Shown here one piece after another: positions 22,976 through 32,419 of a DNA stretch of 64,000 nt (positions are counted from its first letter, which is position 1; each line of letters begins with the position of its first letter). Position numbers and translations under genes: made by a program. The DNA is taken from positions 1-64,000 of IMG/VR virus record IMGVR_UViG_3300033121_001334. The stretch is one strand, 5' to 3'. The notes beneath the pieces are model-generated. The model was not told where the DNA came from. It saw nothing but the letters and a program-made list of their open reading frames with translations, and ran no database searches. This DNA is from a virus (lineage: Duplodnaviria; Caudoviricetes).

Positions 22976-23542
22976 CTAGACACACTCCAACGACGAGAGT
23001 TTCTCGTTCATGTCTACCTGAACGCCTCTGTCTTCAAGAAACTGAACAAGGTCGTATAACTCTTTGTACGAGTCATGACCTAAAGATTCATTCATAAATA
23101 AAAGACCAGACCAAACAGCTTTGCCGCTACGAGGAACCTTGATCTCTTTTCCGTCGAGACAGATAGTTGACGGATAAGTTGTGAAGCCAAAGTACACAAA
23201 AGCGCCGTTGCTAAGTTCAACCGCAAATACAGCAATACTTTGCGGATTCACAATCACAATCTTGTCATTGTGAAGCATAATCCCTTGAGACAAAAGCTTT
23301 GCGTCAAGCAAGGGATCTTCTGAACCCTCAACCAGGCACTCTTCTCCATAAAAGCGATGAATGGGGCCTACCCTAATCGCCTTATCCTGTGCTTGTTGTC
23401 GCAGGGCAACAAGATGAGCATACATCTCCTTCTTGTCGCAAACAAGCTCAAAATGAAGAGCGCCAGAATCAGTCTGATGATTCTTGAGTCGCTCGGTTTC
23501 CATAAACAATTCCCCTGAACGAACTGGACTGATTGTTGTCAT
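22976..23542 (-). CDS. hypothetical protein
   Basis: 188 aa ORF. Confidence 0.7.
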   Translation of the reverse strand: MTTISPVRSGELFMETERLKNHQTDSGALHFELVCDKKEMYAHLVALRQQAQDKAIRVGPIHRFYGEECLVEGSEDPLLDAKLLSQGIMLHNDKIVIVNPQSIAVFAVELSNGAFVYFGFTTYPSTICLDGKEIKVPRSGKAVWSGLLFMNESLGHDSYKELYDLVQFLEDRGVQVDMNEKLSSLECV

Positions 23543-23688
23543 GTTTCTTTGTTGTTGAGAATTCCCGTGCCCTCAAAGATAGTATGAACTCCCCGCATGA
23601 AAATGCAACATTTTACAAGTGAAAACGGCACAATCTAAAAGAAATACATAAAGGCTTCTTGTTATACGACCCTGCTAGACCTTTGGAT

Positions 23689-24282
23689 TCAGAAATTCGC
23701 CAAATAAGCGGCAATTTCTGTGAAATCCGCAAGGTTGGCGCGATCCCAGGGAGTCTTCCCTGCATTGTCCTTCACATGAACGCTTGCACCTTCTTCTTCA
23801 ACAAGCCGCTTGACTTCATCAAAGTCTTGAGCGTCAACAGCCAGATGCAGGCGGGTCTTCCCAAACTGACCAACCTTCTGGTCAATGCTTCGAAAAACCG
23901 GCTTCTCCTTAAGCCTAGTCTGGAAAACCAAACTAGAAGGCTCTTCAATAACCGGCTCTGGTTGACTGTTGAAGAACTCAATGATCTCGTCAAAAACTTG
24001 AGAAGTTATGTTTTGCAAATCAATAATAGCATTGACCTGCGCCAATCGAGTCAACGCTCCAGGTTGAAGCTTGCCCTTCTCGGCCCAGGCAGGATGCTGA
24101 TTCAGGATTTCTCTTTTTGCACGAGAGAAAATAAACTCTCGCAATCTAAAGCGGTCAATTGTCGAACCGTTATTCGAAGAAAGCCTCCTGGTTAGTTCTT
24201 CAATAAGAGGTTCCAGAAGGCTTTCTTCTTTTGGGCTGATTAATGGCATAAACAATCCTTTTTTCATCAGCAAATGAGCCAA
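23689..24282 (-). CDS. ankyrin-repeat protein
   Basis: FGKTRLHLAVDAQDFDEVKRLVEEEGASVHVKDNAGKTPWDRA. Confidence 0.8.
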   Translation of the reverse strand: MAHLLMKKGLFMPLISPKEESLLEPLIEELTRRLSSNNGSTIDRFRLREFIFSRAKREILNQHPAWAEKGKLQPGALTRLAQVNAIIDLQNITSQVFDEIIEFFNSQPEPVIEEPSSLVFQTRLKEKPVFRSIDQKVGQFGKTRLHLAVDAQDFDEVKRLVEEEGASVHVKDNAGKTPWDRANLADFTEIAAYLANF

Positions 24283-24440
24283 GTCCGTCTAGCTCACTAT
24301 CAGGAAATTTGTCGGTTCCGTTTGCCGCCCTCTCCGAGACAGCAAGAATATCGTACATGAAATCGCCTTGAAAAGCAAGAAACGAAAGAACTTGCAATGA
24401 TTTTTTGCAATCGGGGTTAGTTGTGGAAAAGTTGTCACTT

Positions 24441-26111
24441 TCAGTTGAGGCTATCAATCATTTCCCGCATCGCTTTGTAAGCTCTACGCTCGTCAAAGCA
24501 CTCGTCAATTCTTGTAAGCAGGGACGCAAACTCTTCATTATGCCAGTTGCAAATTGTATGCGCAACCTCGTGTTTTGCCAAAGCCATCAACTTTTTCTGG
24601 TCTTCTTGGCTCCTGATGCCATACAACAACTTGCCGTCCTCGCTAACAGGATTCAACAACAAAGCTGAACCGCCGCTAACCGGCATATGCTTCGCTTTGG
24701 CGGTGTCCGAAAAAGTCCAACCAATCCCCCAAACAACCTGAGCAATCGATTCGTCGCCCTTCATCATTGCGTCAACCGCATACTGACAGGCAACCTTCCA
24801 CAACATCAAGAGCTTATACATAATAAAACCCTTGTTATAAGTCTTGTCTCCATGCTCCATTACAATCCAATTCTCAGGATTGTAAGAATCAATAACCCTC
24901 CTAATGTTCTCATTCTCCGTGTCGTCGTCAATGAAAATATCAGGAAGCCCGCTATGAAACTTTTCGCCGATTCTATTCGGAAGCGTTTCAACAACGGGAG
25001 TATTCTTCAGACGATCAAGCATCTCGCCGCCGCCCAAAACCCCGCCAATAACTTCCGCAGCGCGAAAGGTCGTTGTATCCAAAATCGCTGATCGACGAAC
25101 TTCCTCGCCTTCAACAGGTCTTGTATAAACCGAACCCGAAGCGCGACCTGCTGCAAAAACCTTGATTTCTTCGCCAGACTCAATCTTCGGAAGTTTAGTT
25201 CCAGCCTTCGGCGAAACCGAGAAGATAAGCCCTCGACCCTTGATCGTTGCGTCCTTCTTCTTGAAGCGAGGCTTCAGAGCCGAGACCGTATCAACCGCAA
25301 GCTCCTGCACAAATGCCTCAAGAACAGAAGAGTACAAAGAGTGCATGCCGTCTCGATTTGCCGTCAAAACCTCTCGACTCAGATTTGGCTCAACCTCAAC
25401 AATGACTTGAGCCCTGGCTCCAATCGACTGACTGTACATGACCGCGCCAGCAACTCGCACAAGCAGCCGATGATTTGCAGCCGACTTGTTAACATAAACG
25501 TTCGCAAAAGGAACATTGTTAACAAGAAGCTGACGAGTAAGCTGACGACGATGGTTCCATCCCGTAAACCGAATGCCATTAACATAAACGTCGCAATACA
25601 TCTGACTATTGCGAAGATAGTTATCAAGCTCGCTGGAAAGACGATCGTAACTCTCGTCCTCGATCTCAACCTGAAGAAGACAACCATGACGAAGATCGAC
25701 CGTTGCGATTTCGTAAGAACCGCCCTCGCCCTGAACCAAGTTGTCCTGCGTATGAATCGTGTAGTTCTTCATGGAGAAACAGGTCAACAGTCTGGCTCGA
25801 CCAAACCCGCCAACCGTTGAGCCGCCAGTCTTGGTCGTCGAACCAAGACTGAAATAAACGTTCTCCAAAACTTCCCGACTCATGCCGGTGCCATTGTCGT
25901 CAAATGAAATCCCAATGACACCGTTGTCTTTCCTGACAATCTCAACATCAATCCGAGAAGCCTTTGCGTCTGTTGAGTTCTGGAAAAGTTCGCGCCAAAA
26001 AGCAAACTGCCAGTTCGAATACATCCGCCGCTCTTTGACGAAAAAAGACTTTGGAACCATTACGCTAGGCATTTGGTCGGTATCTCCGTTGGTGAAGCTT
26101 ACGCTTTTCAA
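24441..26111 (-). CDS. GHKL (Hsp90/MORC-type) ATPase with C-terminal HExxH motif
   Basis: RELFQNSTDA, DDNGTGM, GGFGRA; LAKHEVAH near the C terminus. Confidence 0.85.
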   Translation of the reverse strand: MKSVSFTNGDTDQMPSVMVPKSFFVKERRMYSNWQFAFWRELFQNSTDAKASRIDVEIVRKDNGVIGISFDDNGTGMSREVLENVYFSLGSTTKTGGSTVGGFGRARLLTCFSMKNYTIHTQDNLVQGEGGSYEIATVDLRHGCLLQVEIEDESYDRLSSELDNYLRNSQMYCDVYVNGIRFTGWNHRRQLTRQLLVNNVPFANVYVNKSAANHRLLVRVAGAVMYSQSIGARAQVIVEVEPNLSREVLTANRDGMHSLYSSVLEAFVQELAVDTVSALKPRFKKKDATIKGRGLIFSVSPKAGTKLPKIESGEEIKVFAAGRASGSVYTRPVEGEEVRRSAILDTTTFRAAEVIGGVLGGGEMLDRLKNTPVVETLPNRIGEKFHSGLPDIFIDDDTENENIRRVIDSYNPENWIVMEHGDKTYNKGFIMYKLLMLWKVACQYAVDAMMKGDESIAQVVWGIGWTFSDTAKAKHMPVSGGSALLLNPVSEDGKLLYGIRSQEDQKKLMALAKHEVAHTICNWHNEEFASLLTRIDECFDERRAYKAMREMIDSLN

Positions 26112-26205
26112 CCGTATACGGAAAGTTTAGTTCTAAGAGTTAAATAAAAATCCCCCCGCTCCGAAGAGCAGGGGGGACTCTGAAAGAGACGCCGACGTTG
26201 CTGGC

Positions 26206-26706
26206 TTACTCGCCCTCGACGACGATTGCGTCCTCGGGGTTGGCGAGGTAGGCGTCCATGCCGCTGCCAGCCTGGTACTGGCCGCGATCAACCCGGACGC
26301 AGACGGGCGACTTGCCCATGCGGAGGTTCGCCAGCTTGCTGAGGGACTGAGCGACCATCGTGGGGTAGTTTTCCGCGGTCGTGTTGTAGCCGTTCTTCTT
26401 GACCTTCTCGCAGATCTGCGTGGTCGTCTGCGCCCGCTTCGCAGTCAACGACTGAGCAACCGCCGTGATGAGCGAAACCTCGTTGGAAGCGCGAGACTTG
26501 CGACCGCCCTTGCGGACGGTGCCGCCCAAGCTCTTGATCTGCGCCTGGACCGTCGCCCGCTCGGCGTCGATCTCGGCAAGACGAGCCTTCGCCGAAGCGA
26601 GGCCAGCCGACCGCGCCGTCTCCAGAGCAGCCTGAGCCGCCGCCATCTGCGCCTCCGCATCCGCCAAAGAAACCGTCGAACCGTTCTGAGTGCCCTTCGT
26701 CGCCAT
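26206..26706 (-). CDS. coiled-coil + winged-helix putative nucleoid-associated protein
   Basis: RKSRASNEVSL...VKKNGYNTTAENYPTMVAQSL...RVDRGQY; GC-rich codon usage; terminator at about 26145-26180. Confidence 0.7.
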   Translation of the reverse strand: MATKGTQNGSTVSLADAEAQMAAAQAALETARSAGLASAKARLAEIDAERATVQAQIKSLGGTVRKGGRKSRASNEVSLITAVAQSLTAKRAQTTTQICEKVKKNGYNTTAENYPTMVAQSLSKLANLRMGKSPVCVRVDRGQYQAGSGMDAYLANPEDAIVVEGE

Positions 26707-27060
26707 TTGTATTTCTCCTACTTATGGCTTCCGTTGACTTCCAAGAACCGACTACTACTTTTCGTCGCCCTCAGTTGTCTATTCTTCAAAAACCCCAAGA
26801 AAGTTTAGTTCGGAGCTTTCTATTCGCCCTTGCCAACCTTCCCTTACGCCCTTTACGTTTTTCCCAAGAAAGTTTAGTCCTGGGCGGCGTTCCCCTTCTT
26901 ACTCTAACTCGTACCTTTATACGAGTCAACCTTGTAAACCCCAATTTTCGCGGAAAAGTTTAGTCCTCCCCAAACTTTCTCTTTAAGGTTTGTAAACAGT
27001 TAGGGATACAAAGCCTTTATTACCCATTTCAAAGCCCGCCAAAAGTTTAGTTCTGGCTTT

Positions 27061-28119
27061 TTACTCCTCCTTGTAGCCAAATCGAGTCAAATCTCCGACT
27101 TCTGCAACTGAAATAATCCCCTCAGCCATATGACGGAAGACGGCCCGTTTGCCCGTAGCCCCATACCTGTTCTTCTCGTCGCAAGCAATAATGAATTCCG
27201 CAGGATCAAACTTATTCCTGTGAGCAATCATCTCAATGTCAACTTTGTGACCAGGATAAGTTCCTCCCTTTATTTTACCCTTTCCGTTGACATGCGAAAT
27301 CAACCAGAAAGAAGTACCAAGAGAAGTAGCCATTGCCTTGTATGTAGTCAGAATAGTCGTAATGCCAGAAGAAAAACGAGCCTGACGAGTATCCTGAATT
27401 GAATCAACAATCACCAACCTGGGACGATGCTCGTTAATCAACGACTCATGCTGCGTTAGATTGTCAGAGCTTGACAAAAGAATATTGTGCTTGTTCGTCC
27501 AAGATTTCCCGTTGCGACCAAGAAAAACCTCAACCTTCTCTTCGTTCTGAATAAACAGAACCCCGTTCAAATCCATCTCCTCGTCAGGAGGATAGTCAGG
27601 ATGACCAACAGCGGCAGCAATCTGCACCGTCAATCGAGTCTTACCCATCCCCTTGGGAGCGCCGAAGATCAAACAGGCTCCTCTAGGAAGCCCTTCAGTT
27701 CCGCTTACGGGGTCAGTGCCAAGAACCTCGTCAACCCCCTTCAGCCCAAGACTAAAGCGAGGACTATGAATTCTCTCAATCTCGCTCACATGACGAGCCG
27801 TACCGTCATCGTCTCTCAGCATGTCAAGAGCAGAAAGCTCCTGGCATTCGGAAAGATAACGGTGCTTGCACTTGCGGATTTGTTCCATCAGCCGCTGACG
27901 AAACAAAGCGTCATGCTTCGGGGCCACAACCCCAAACTTGTTCGCAATCTTTACCCGCTCGTCATCTCGCTCAATCGCAGCCAGATTATGCTTGAAACGA
28001 GTCAGGTTGTACAAGATTGTATCATTGTCCGTTTTCTGATGAAGCAAAAGATTGATACGTTGCTCATTGGTGAGATTCTCTCCCTGATCGGAAGGAATAA
28101 CATTACTCGACCTCGCCAT
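27061..28119 (-). CDS. RadA/Sms-like RecA-family ATPase (ATPase domain only)
   Basis: Walker A GAPKGMGKT, VIVDSIQ, ISHV, KNRYGAT (KNRFG-like). Confidence 0.8.
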   Translation of the reverse strand: MARSSNVIPSDQGENLTNEQRINLLLHQKTDNDTILYNLTRFKHNLAAIERDDERVKIANKFGVVAPKHDALFRQRLMEQIRKCKHRYLSECQELSALDMLRDDDGTARHVSEIERIHSPRFSLGLKGVDEVLGTDPVSGTEGLPRGACLIFGAPKGMGKTRLTVQIAAAVGHPDYPPDEEMDLNGVLFIQNEEKVEVFLGRNGKSWTNKHNILLSSSDNLTQHESLINEHRPRLVIVDSIQDTRQARFSSGITTILTTYKAMATSLGTSFWLISHVNGKGKIKGGTYPGHKVDIEMIAHRNKFDPAEFIIACDEKNRYGATGKRAVFRHMAEGIISVAEVGDLTRFGYKEE

Positions 28120-28288
28120 GCAGTTCCTCAGTTCTGTCCATAGAACAACCGCCTAACGTGCCAGCGGTCTGATCGTGCCTATCGGCCTTCAGCCCAAAGT
28201 TTAGTCCTACCCCAATACATACCATACAAATAAAAAGGCGTCCCAGCAACAAGCCAAGACGCCTTTACACGAGTTTTGTAGTTAGCTA

Positions 28289-28975
28289 TCAGTCCTCGTC
28301 AGAAGAGAACTCTTCCTCTTCGACCTCCGCCAAATGCTCGGCCTCGCTGATAATCAAACCCGCCGGAATGCTGTCAACCGTCTTCGTATACTTACGTTTG
28401 CGATTGGTATTCAACGGCTGAACAGGATCGCCGTCCGCAATGCCAGTTCTCAACTGAATCTTAACTTGACGATTTGCGTCAACAACAATGTCAATGCAAG
28501 CCCCAACCTGCGCTAGCTTGAAACCATACGGATGATTGCCGCCTAAACGCTGAAGAACCTCAACGTTCTGAAGGAAACGAGTAAAGTCGTCTCGGCCAGT
28601 CTCGACATTGCGACATGGACGCTCAGAGAATCGCTGCCACGCAGTCTTGCCAACCTTTATTGTCTCAGGCTTTGAGGTAATCTCCTGAAACTTCTTATAA
28701 ACAATAGAAACAGGATGAGGCTTGCCTGTTCCTAAGGCAACAAGAGAGTCGATGATAAAACTGTATAGACGATTTGCTCCGTAAGGAGAAATAAAACGAC
28801 CCTGTTCCTGCATTTGACGACGAACTTCAATGAGCTTGTCAGCCTTCAGATGATACTTGCGAGGAACCTTAGATTCTCCGCCCCTACCGTTCGCAACAGC
28901 CTTTCGCGCAGAAAGCGGAATGTTCGCATGACCCGCTATATCCATGTATAACTGTTGCTTGCTTTTTCTTGGCAT
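28289..28975 (-). CDS. hypothetical protein
   Basis: 228 aa ORF, terminator-like hairpin at about 28232-28266. Confidence 0.7.
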   Translation of the reverse strand: MPRKSKQQLYMDIAGHANIPLSARKAVANGRGGESKVPRKYHLKADKLIEVRRQMQEQGRFISPYGANRLYSFIIDSLVALGTGKPHPVSIVYKKFQEITSKPETIKVGKTAWQRFSERPCRNVETGRDDFTRFLQNVEVLQRLGGNHPYGFKLAQVGACIDIVVDANRQVKIQLRTGIADGDPVQPLNTNRKRKYTKTVDSIPAGLIISEAEHLAEVEEEEFSSDED

Positions 28976-29223
28976 AACAAAACTCCAGTTGCCAATCGGC
29001 TGCCTTGGCCTTTGCCCCGAAATATTCTAGGCTCCGACTTTTCCACCTGCACATGCAAAATCGTTCAACATAGCCTACCAAAATACAGAAATGCAGCCCC
29101 ATAGCGCCCTATTGCGGTTTTTTGATTGCCATTTCTCCACTCCCAACCCCGCTCTCACACCCATAACCATTCCGATAAACGTGTCATCAAACTCGTCAAG
29201 CAAACCCCGAAAGGCAGGTACTT

Positions 29224-29964
29224 ATGGAAGAACTTATTCCTATGACAGACTTCGACCAGAGATATTACCCTGAAATCTCTGAAGAAGATAAAGTTAACTT
29301 TATCATGCATTCTAATTCTTTTGAAAGAATAGTTCATAAGTATGACCAGATTCAGGCGCATCTTCTGATTCCGTCAAGAGCAGATCCAGCCGTTTCTGGT
29401 CAAATGAGATGCCTCCACCTCATTTTTGAACTTGCTAAAAATCCTGACCTCATCCCAAAACCAAATCTAATAACTCCTGCAAGTTTTGATAAACTCTTTC
29501 CCTGGGTTAGACAACTTCATAAAAACTTGCTCCACGATTTTTCGCGCAAAGGACAAGAACTCCTTAACCAAATCGATTACCCACAACCCGAAGAACTTGG
29601 TAGCTATAGAACCGAACCTAAAACCCTTGGCTCCCGCCTTATGCCCCCGCCCGACCAAATCAAAACCCTCCTCGCCACCCTCTTCTCAAATTACTCTAAA
29701 ACTTATCACAAATATAAGGAAGGTATCGAAACACCTATCCTCATGGAAAAAGAACATTGGCTCGACCTAGAAAAACAAATCCACCTCGCCTCCCTCTCCT
29801 TCGCTTGCGTCAAACCTTTCAAAGAAGGCTCCAACCGTACCGCACGCCTCGTCGAAAATCTCCTCAGACTTAACACAGGCCTCAAGTTCACCTTCCATAC
29901 TGATAAAGATAACTACCTCAGAGAACTCACATCCCTCCAAGATTCATCTTATAAGTTTTCTTAA
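29224..29964 (+). CDS. Fic-domain protein with degenerate active site
   Basis: SYRTEP...GSRLMPPPDQIKTLL; VKPFKEGSNRTARL in place of HPFxDGNGRxxR. Confidence 0.75.
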   Translation: MEELIPMTDFDQRYYPEISEEDKVNFIMHSNSFERIVHKYDQIQAHLLIPSRADPAVSGQMRCLHLIFELAKNPDLIPKPNLITPASFDKLFPWVRQLHKNLLHDFSRKGQELLNQIDYPQPEELGSYRTEPKTLGSRLMPPPDQIKTLLATLFSNYSKTYHKYKEGIETPILMEKEHWLDLEKQIHLASLSFACVKPFKEGSNRTARLVENLLRLNTGLKFTFHTDKDNYLRELTSLQDSSYKFS

Positions 29965-30002
29965 ACAGTGGTACAGTTTCGTTGCGCAGTGGAACGTTCT
30001 CT

Positions 30003-30032
30003 AATTATATTCTTCTTAAGAAGAATATAATT
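30003..30032. repeat. 30-bp perfect palindrome
   Basis: aattatattcttcttaagaagaatataatt equals its own reverse complement. Confidence 0.95.
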
Positions 30033-30706
30033 CACCGGAGAGTCTTTAGTATCTTCTCGACAACATTCGTGCCAGAAGAAAGTTGACGAACAGCGTCCTC
30101 GCCAATACCAGAAAGTAGCTCTCGCCGCGCAGTGCTAACAATCAACTGATTGTCCCTCTCCAAACTCTTCTTAACCAAGACTCTCAAAAATTCCCGCGCA
30201 CAAGAATCATCTAACCCTACATCAAACGAATCAACCCAGATAACACTGTTCCTAATCTCCCCCTTGTACAAATCAGTCAATACCGCCCGCGCCTTCTCTA
30301 CCCCAAGCCCTCCTGAATCCAAAGCACTACCACTAATAAAACTCCTCATACACAAAGCAGAGTTGTACCCCAGTAACCCACCTAACACCTGATGCTCTTT
30401 CAAAATGGTATCAGGAAATACCAAACTTTGCACTACTCTCCCCTGCTTTACAATACCAGTAGCTATAGCGCCACCATATTCTAATTCCCCATACCCGCTC
30501 ACTTTATCCCAATCTAGAAAACAAGTATCAGGATACATGGCATTACGAAATAACCTCAATGCCATTTTTTGTAGCATGCTCTTGCCAGAACCATTACCGC
30601 CAACTATCCCAACAATAGGTAATGGACTACCAGAATCTCCTCGTAAATCTACCGTAGCCTTGCCAGAACCCCAATCCGCTTCCAAACGCCGTACTCGCAT
30701 AATCAA
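30032..30706 (-). CDS. ABC/AAA_21-type ATPase with degenerate Walker B
   Basis: GIVGGNGSGKS; VIWVDSFDVGLDD; QLIVST. Confidence 0.7.
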   Translation of the reverse strand: MIMRVRRLEADWGSGKATVDLRGDSGSPLPIVGIVGGNGSGKSMLQKMALRLFRNAMYPDTCFLDWDKVSGYGELEYGGAIATGIVKQGRVVQSLVFPDTILKEHQVLGGLLGYNSALCMRSFISGSALDSGGLGVEKARAVLTDLYKGEIRNSVIWVDSFDVGLDDSCAREFLRVLVKKSLERDNQLIVSTARRELLSGIGEDAVRQLSSGTNVVEKILKTLR

Positions 30707-31194
30707 ACTCCTAACCGTCCCATAGGACTAAACTTTGTCGGTATTCCCCTCTAGAGGCCTCACCCGCCTATTGCCCTCTTTCCTGCCCTTCGGAGAAGCA
30801 CGAGGCTGCTGGAGCCGCCTAAAGGCTAGCTTTGCCCCTCCAGTCCTTCTCCGTTCTGGTAGGAGCAAAAGCTCGTAGCAGTCACCCTCTGTAGCTCGCT
30901 ATGGAGGGTGATTGTCTTTACTGCTTCCAGAACTGCCAAGAAAACCGCTTCCCGTAAGTTCTTTTGCATGTCCAAAGCCTCAAACGCCCTATGACCTCAA
31001 AAAGAACAACTAAGAGAAATAAACTTAGTAATAGCGGCCAGAAGAAAAAGCCCAAGAGATACTCTTGAATGGAACGATCTCTTTTATCATTCTCTATTAT
31101 GAACATCGTAACAACGCTCATGATAGTCCAAGCAAAAATATAATAAACGAATGGCGCAGTTACCGGCGCAGCGGACGAACCTTGCAAAGCTAGA

Positions 31195-31265
31195 TTCAGT
31201 GTTAGAAATCTTGCGCAGTGGACCATTTCAGTGTTACAACTTTCAGTGTTAGAGATTCAGTGTTA
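31195..31265 (+). repeat. four direct repeats TTCAGTGTTA
   Basis: copies at 31195, 31227, 31242, 31256, followed by an AT-rich stretch. Confidence 0.85.
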
Positions 31266-31454
31266 GAAATTATAAGATTGTAGTTTATGTTTTGTGAATG
31301 TTAATTATTAGTTTGTAGGTCAGAGAGTCGCTAATCACCAGTTATTTGAAGCATGTCCCCATGAAATGTCATAAAGTGGGGCAAAGTGGGGCAGTCCTCT
31401 AACTCTTCCTACTACAAACCTTATTATTTCCTCACCAGAAGGGCTTCTACTCTT

Positions 31455-31820
31455 CTATTCTTTCTTAACAGCTACATCTTCTTCTAGCGGATCTTCTATC
31501 GCTACAATGTTCTGATTTTCTATTATAGTCTGGTTGTTTGCATTCTTTATATCAAGATTTGCAGGACATTGGGATTGCATGAGTTGTGATTGGAGCATTG
31601 ACATTTTGACATTTTTACATTCATTCAAAGCTTCAGAAACGTCAACAAGGAGGGCATTAGTAGCGGCAGCGGCGAAGGTAAATGTCCAGCCTATAGCGAC
31701 GACGAGCAGGGTTCCAACATTGAGGCCATTGAGAGAAGCGACGACGACAAAGTAGAATATAGCGAGGGGTATGCAGACCTTATAAATCTTATTCATTAGT
31801 TCTCTATTTGACTTTACCAT
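31455..31820 (-). CDS. membrane protein
   Basis: two hydrophobic helices, 121 aa. Confidence 0.65.
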   Translation of the reverse strand: MVKSNRELMNKIYKVCIPLAIFYFVVVASLNGLNVGTLLVVAIGWTFTFAAAATNALLVDVSEALNECKNVKMSMLQSQLMQSQCPANLDIKNANNQTIIENQNIVAIEDPLEEDVAVKKE

Positions 31821-31891
31821 TTTATCTGTACTACGACTTTAGTATAAGATTTGTTAGTGTGAGATTTTCGAAGGTTTCGAAAGAGTGTGAA

Positions 31892-32342
31892 TTATGATAC
31901 TAGGTCATAACCTTTTCGTTGGAGTGTTGGTTGTGCGAGTTTGAGTTTTGTTGAGACTTGGGCTATAACTTGGAGGAGTTGTTCTTCGAATTTTGGGTCG
32001 CAGCAGATAGCTACGATTCGTCCTGGTTTGGTTTTGAGGGGGGGACCATTTTTCTTTAGCGGACATTAGTTCAAAGTCTGCTTCTGAGATTTCTGTTATA
32101 TCAGGAGCGAAGGCTATTTCGGCGATTTCTTTATAGGTTGTGAAAAAGAGCATTTTATGTTTAGGATTTTTGACGACAGCGACTGGTAGTTGAAGATAGT
32201 TTATACCTACTACTTCTAGGGAGAGTTCTGTTGGGAGGGAGGCTTTGAGTTCTTTACAGATATTGTCAAAAGCTTTATCTCGTACTGCGAGATAATCTCT
32301 TTTGATGGTTACTTGTTGCGGGTTCTGTTGTGGGTTCTGCAT
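31892..32342 (-). CDS. hypothetical protein with probable frameshift at a C7 tract
   Basis: ORF 31905-32342; the alternative frame after 32038-32044 gives a more protein-like tail. Confidence 0.5.
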
Positions 32343-32419
32343 TGGTTATTAGCTCCTTAGTCTTGGTGGTATTAGCGATGTTGGTGATGTTGTGAAGATT
32401 TGATTATTGCGCGAAAATA

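Noticed and set aside
1085-28205. ACTAAACTT repeats as a CRISPR array or integron attC array
   Set aside because: The repeat is only about 10-13 nt, spacing is irregular and gene-sized, it is not palindromic, and no cas or integrase gene is present
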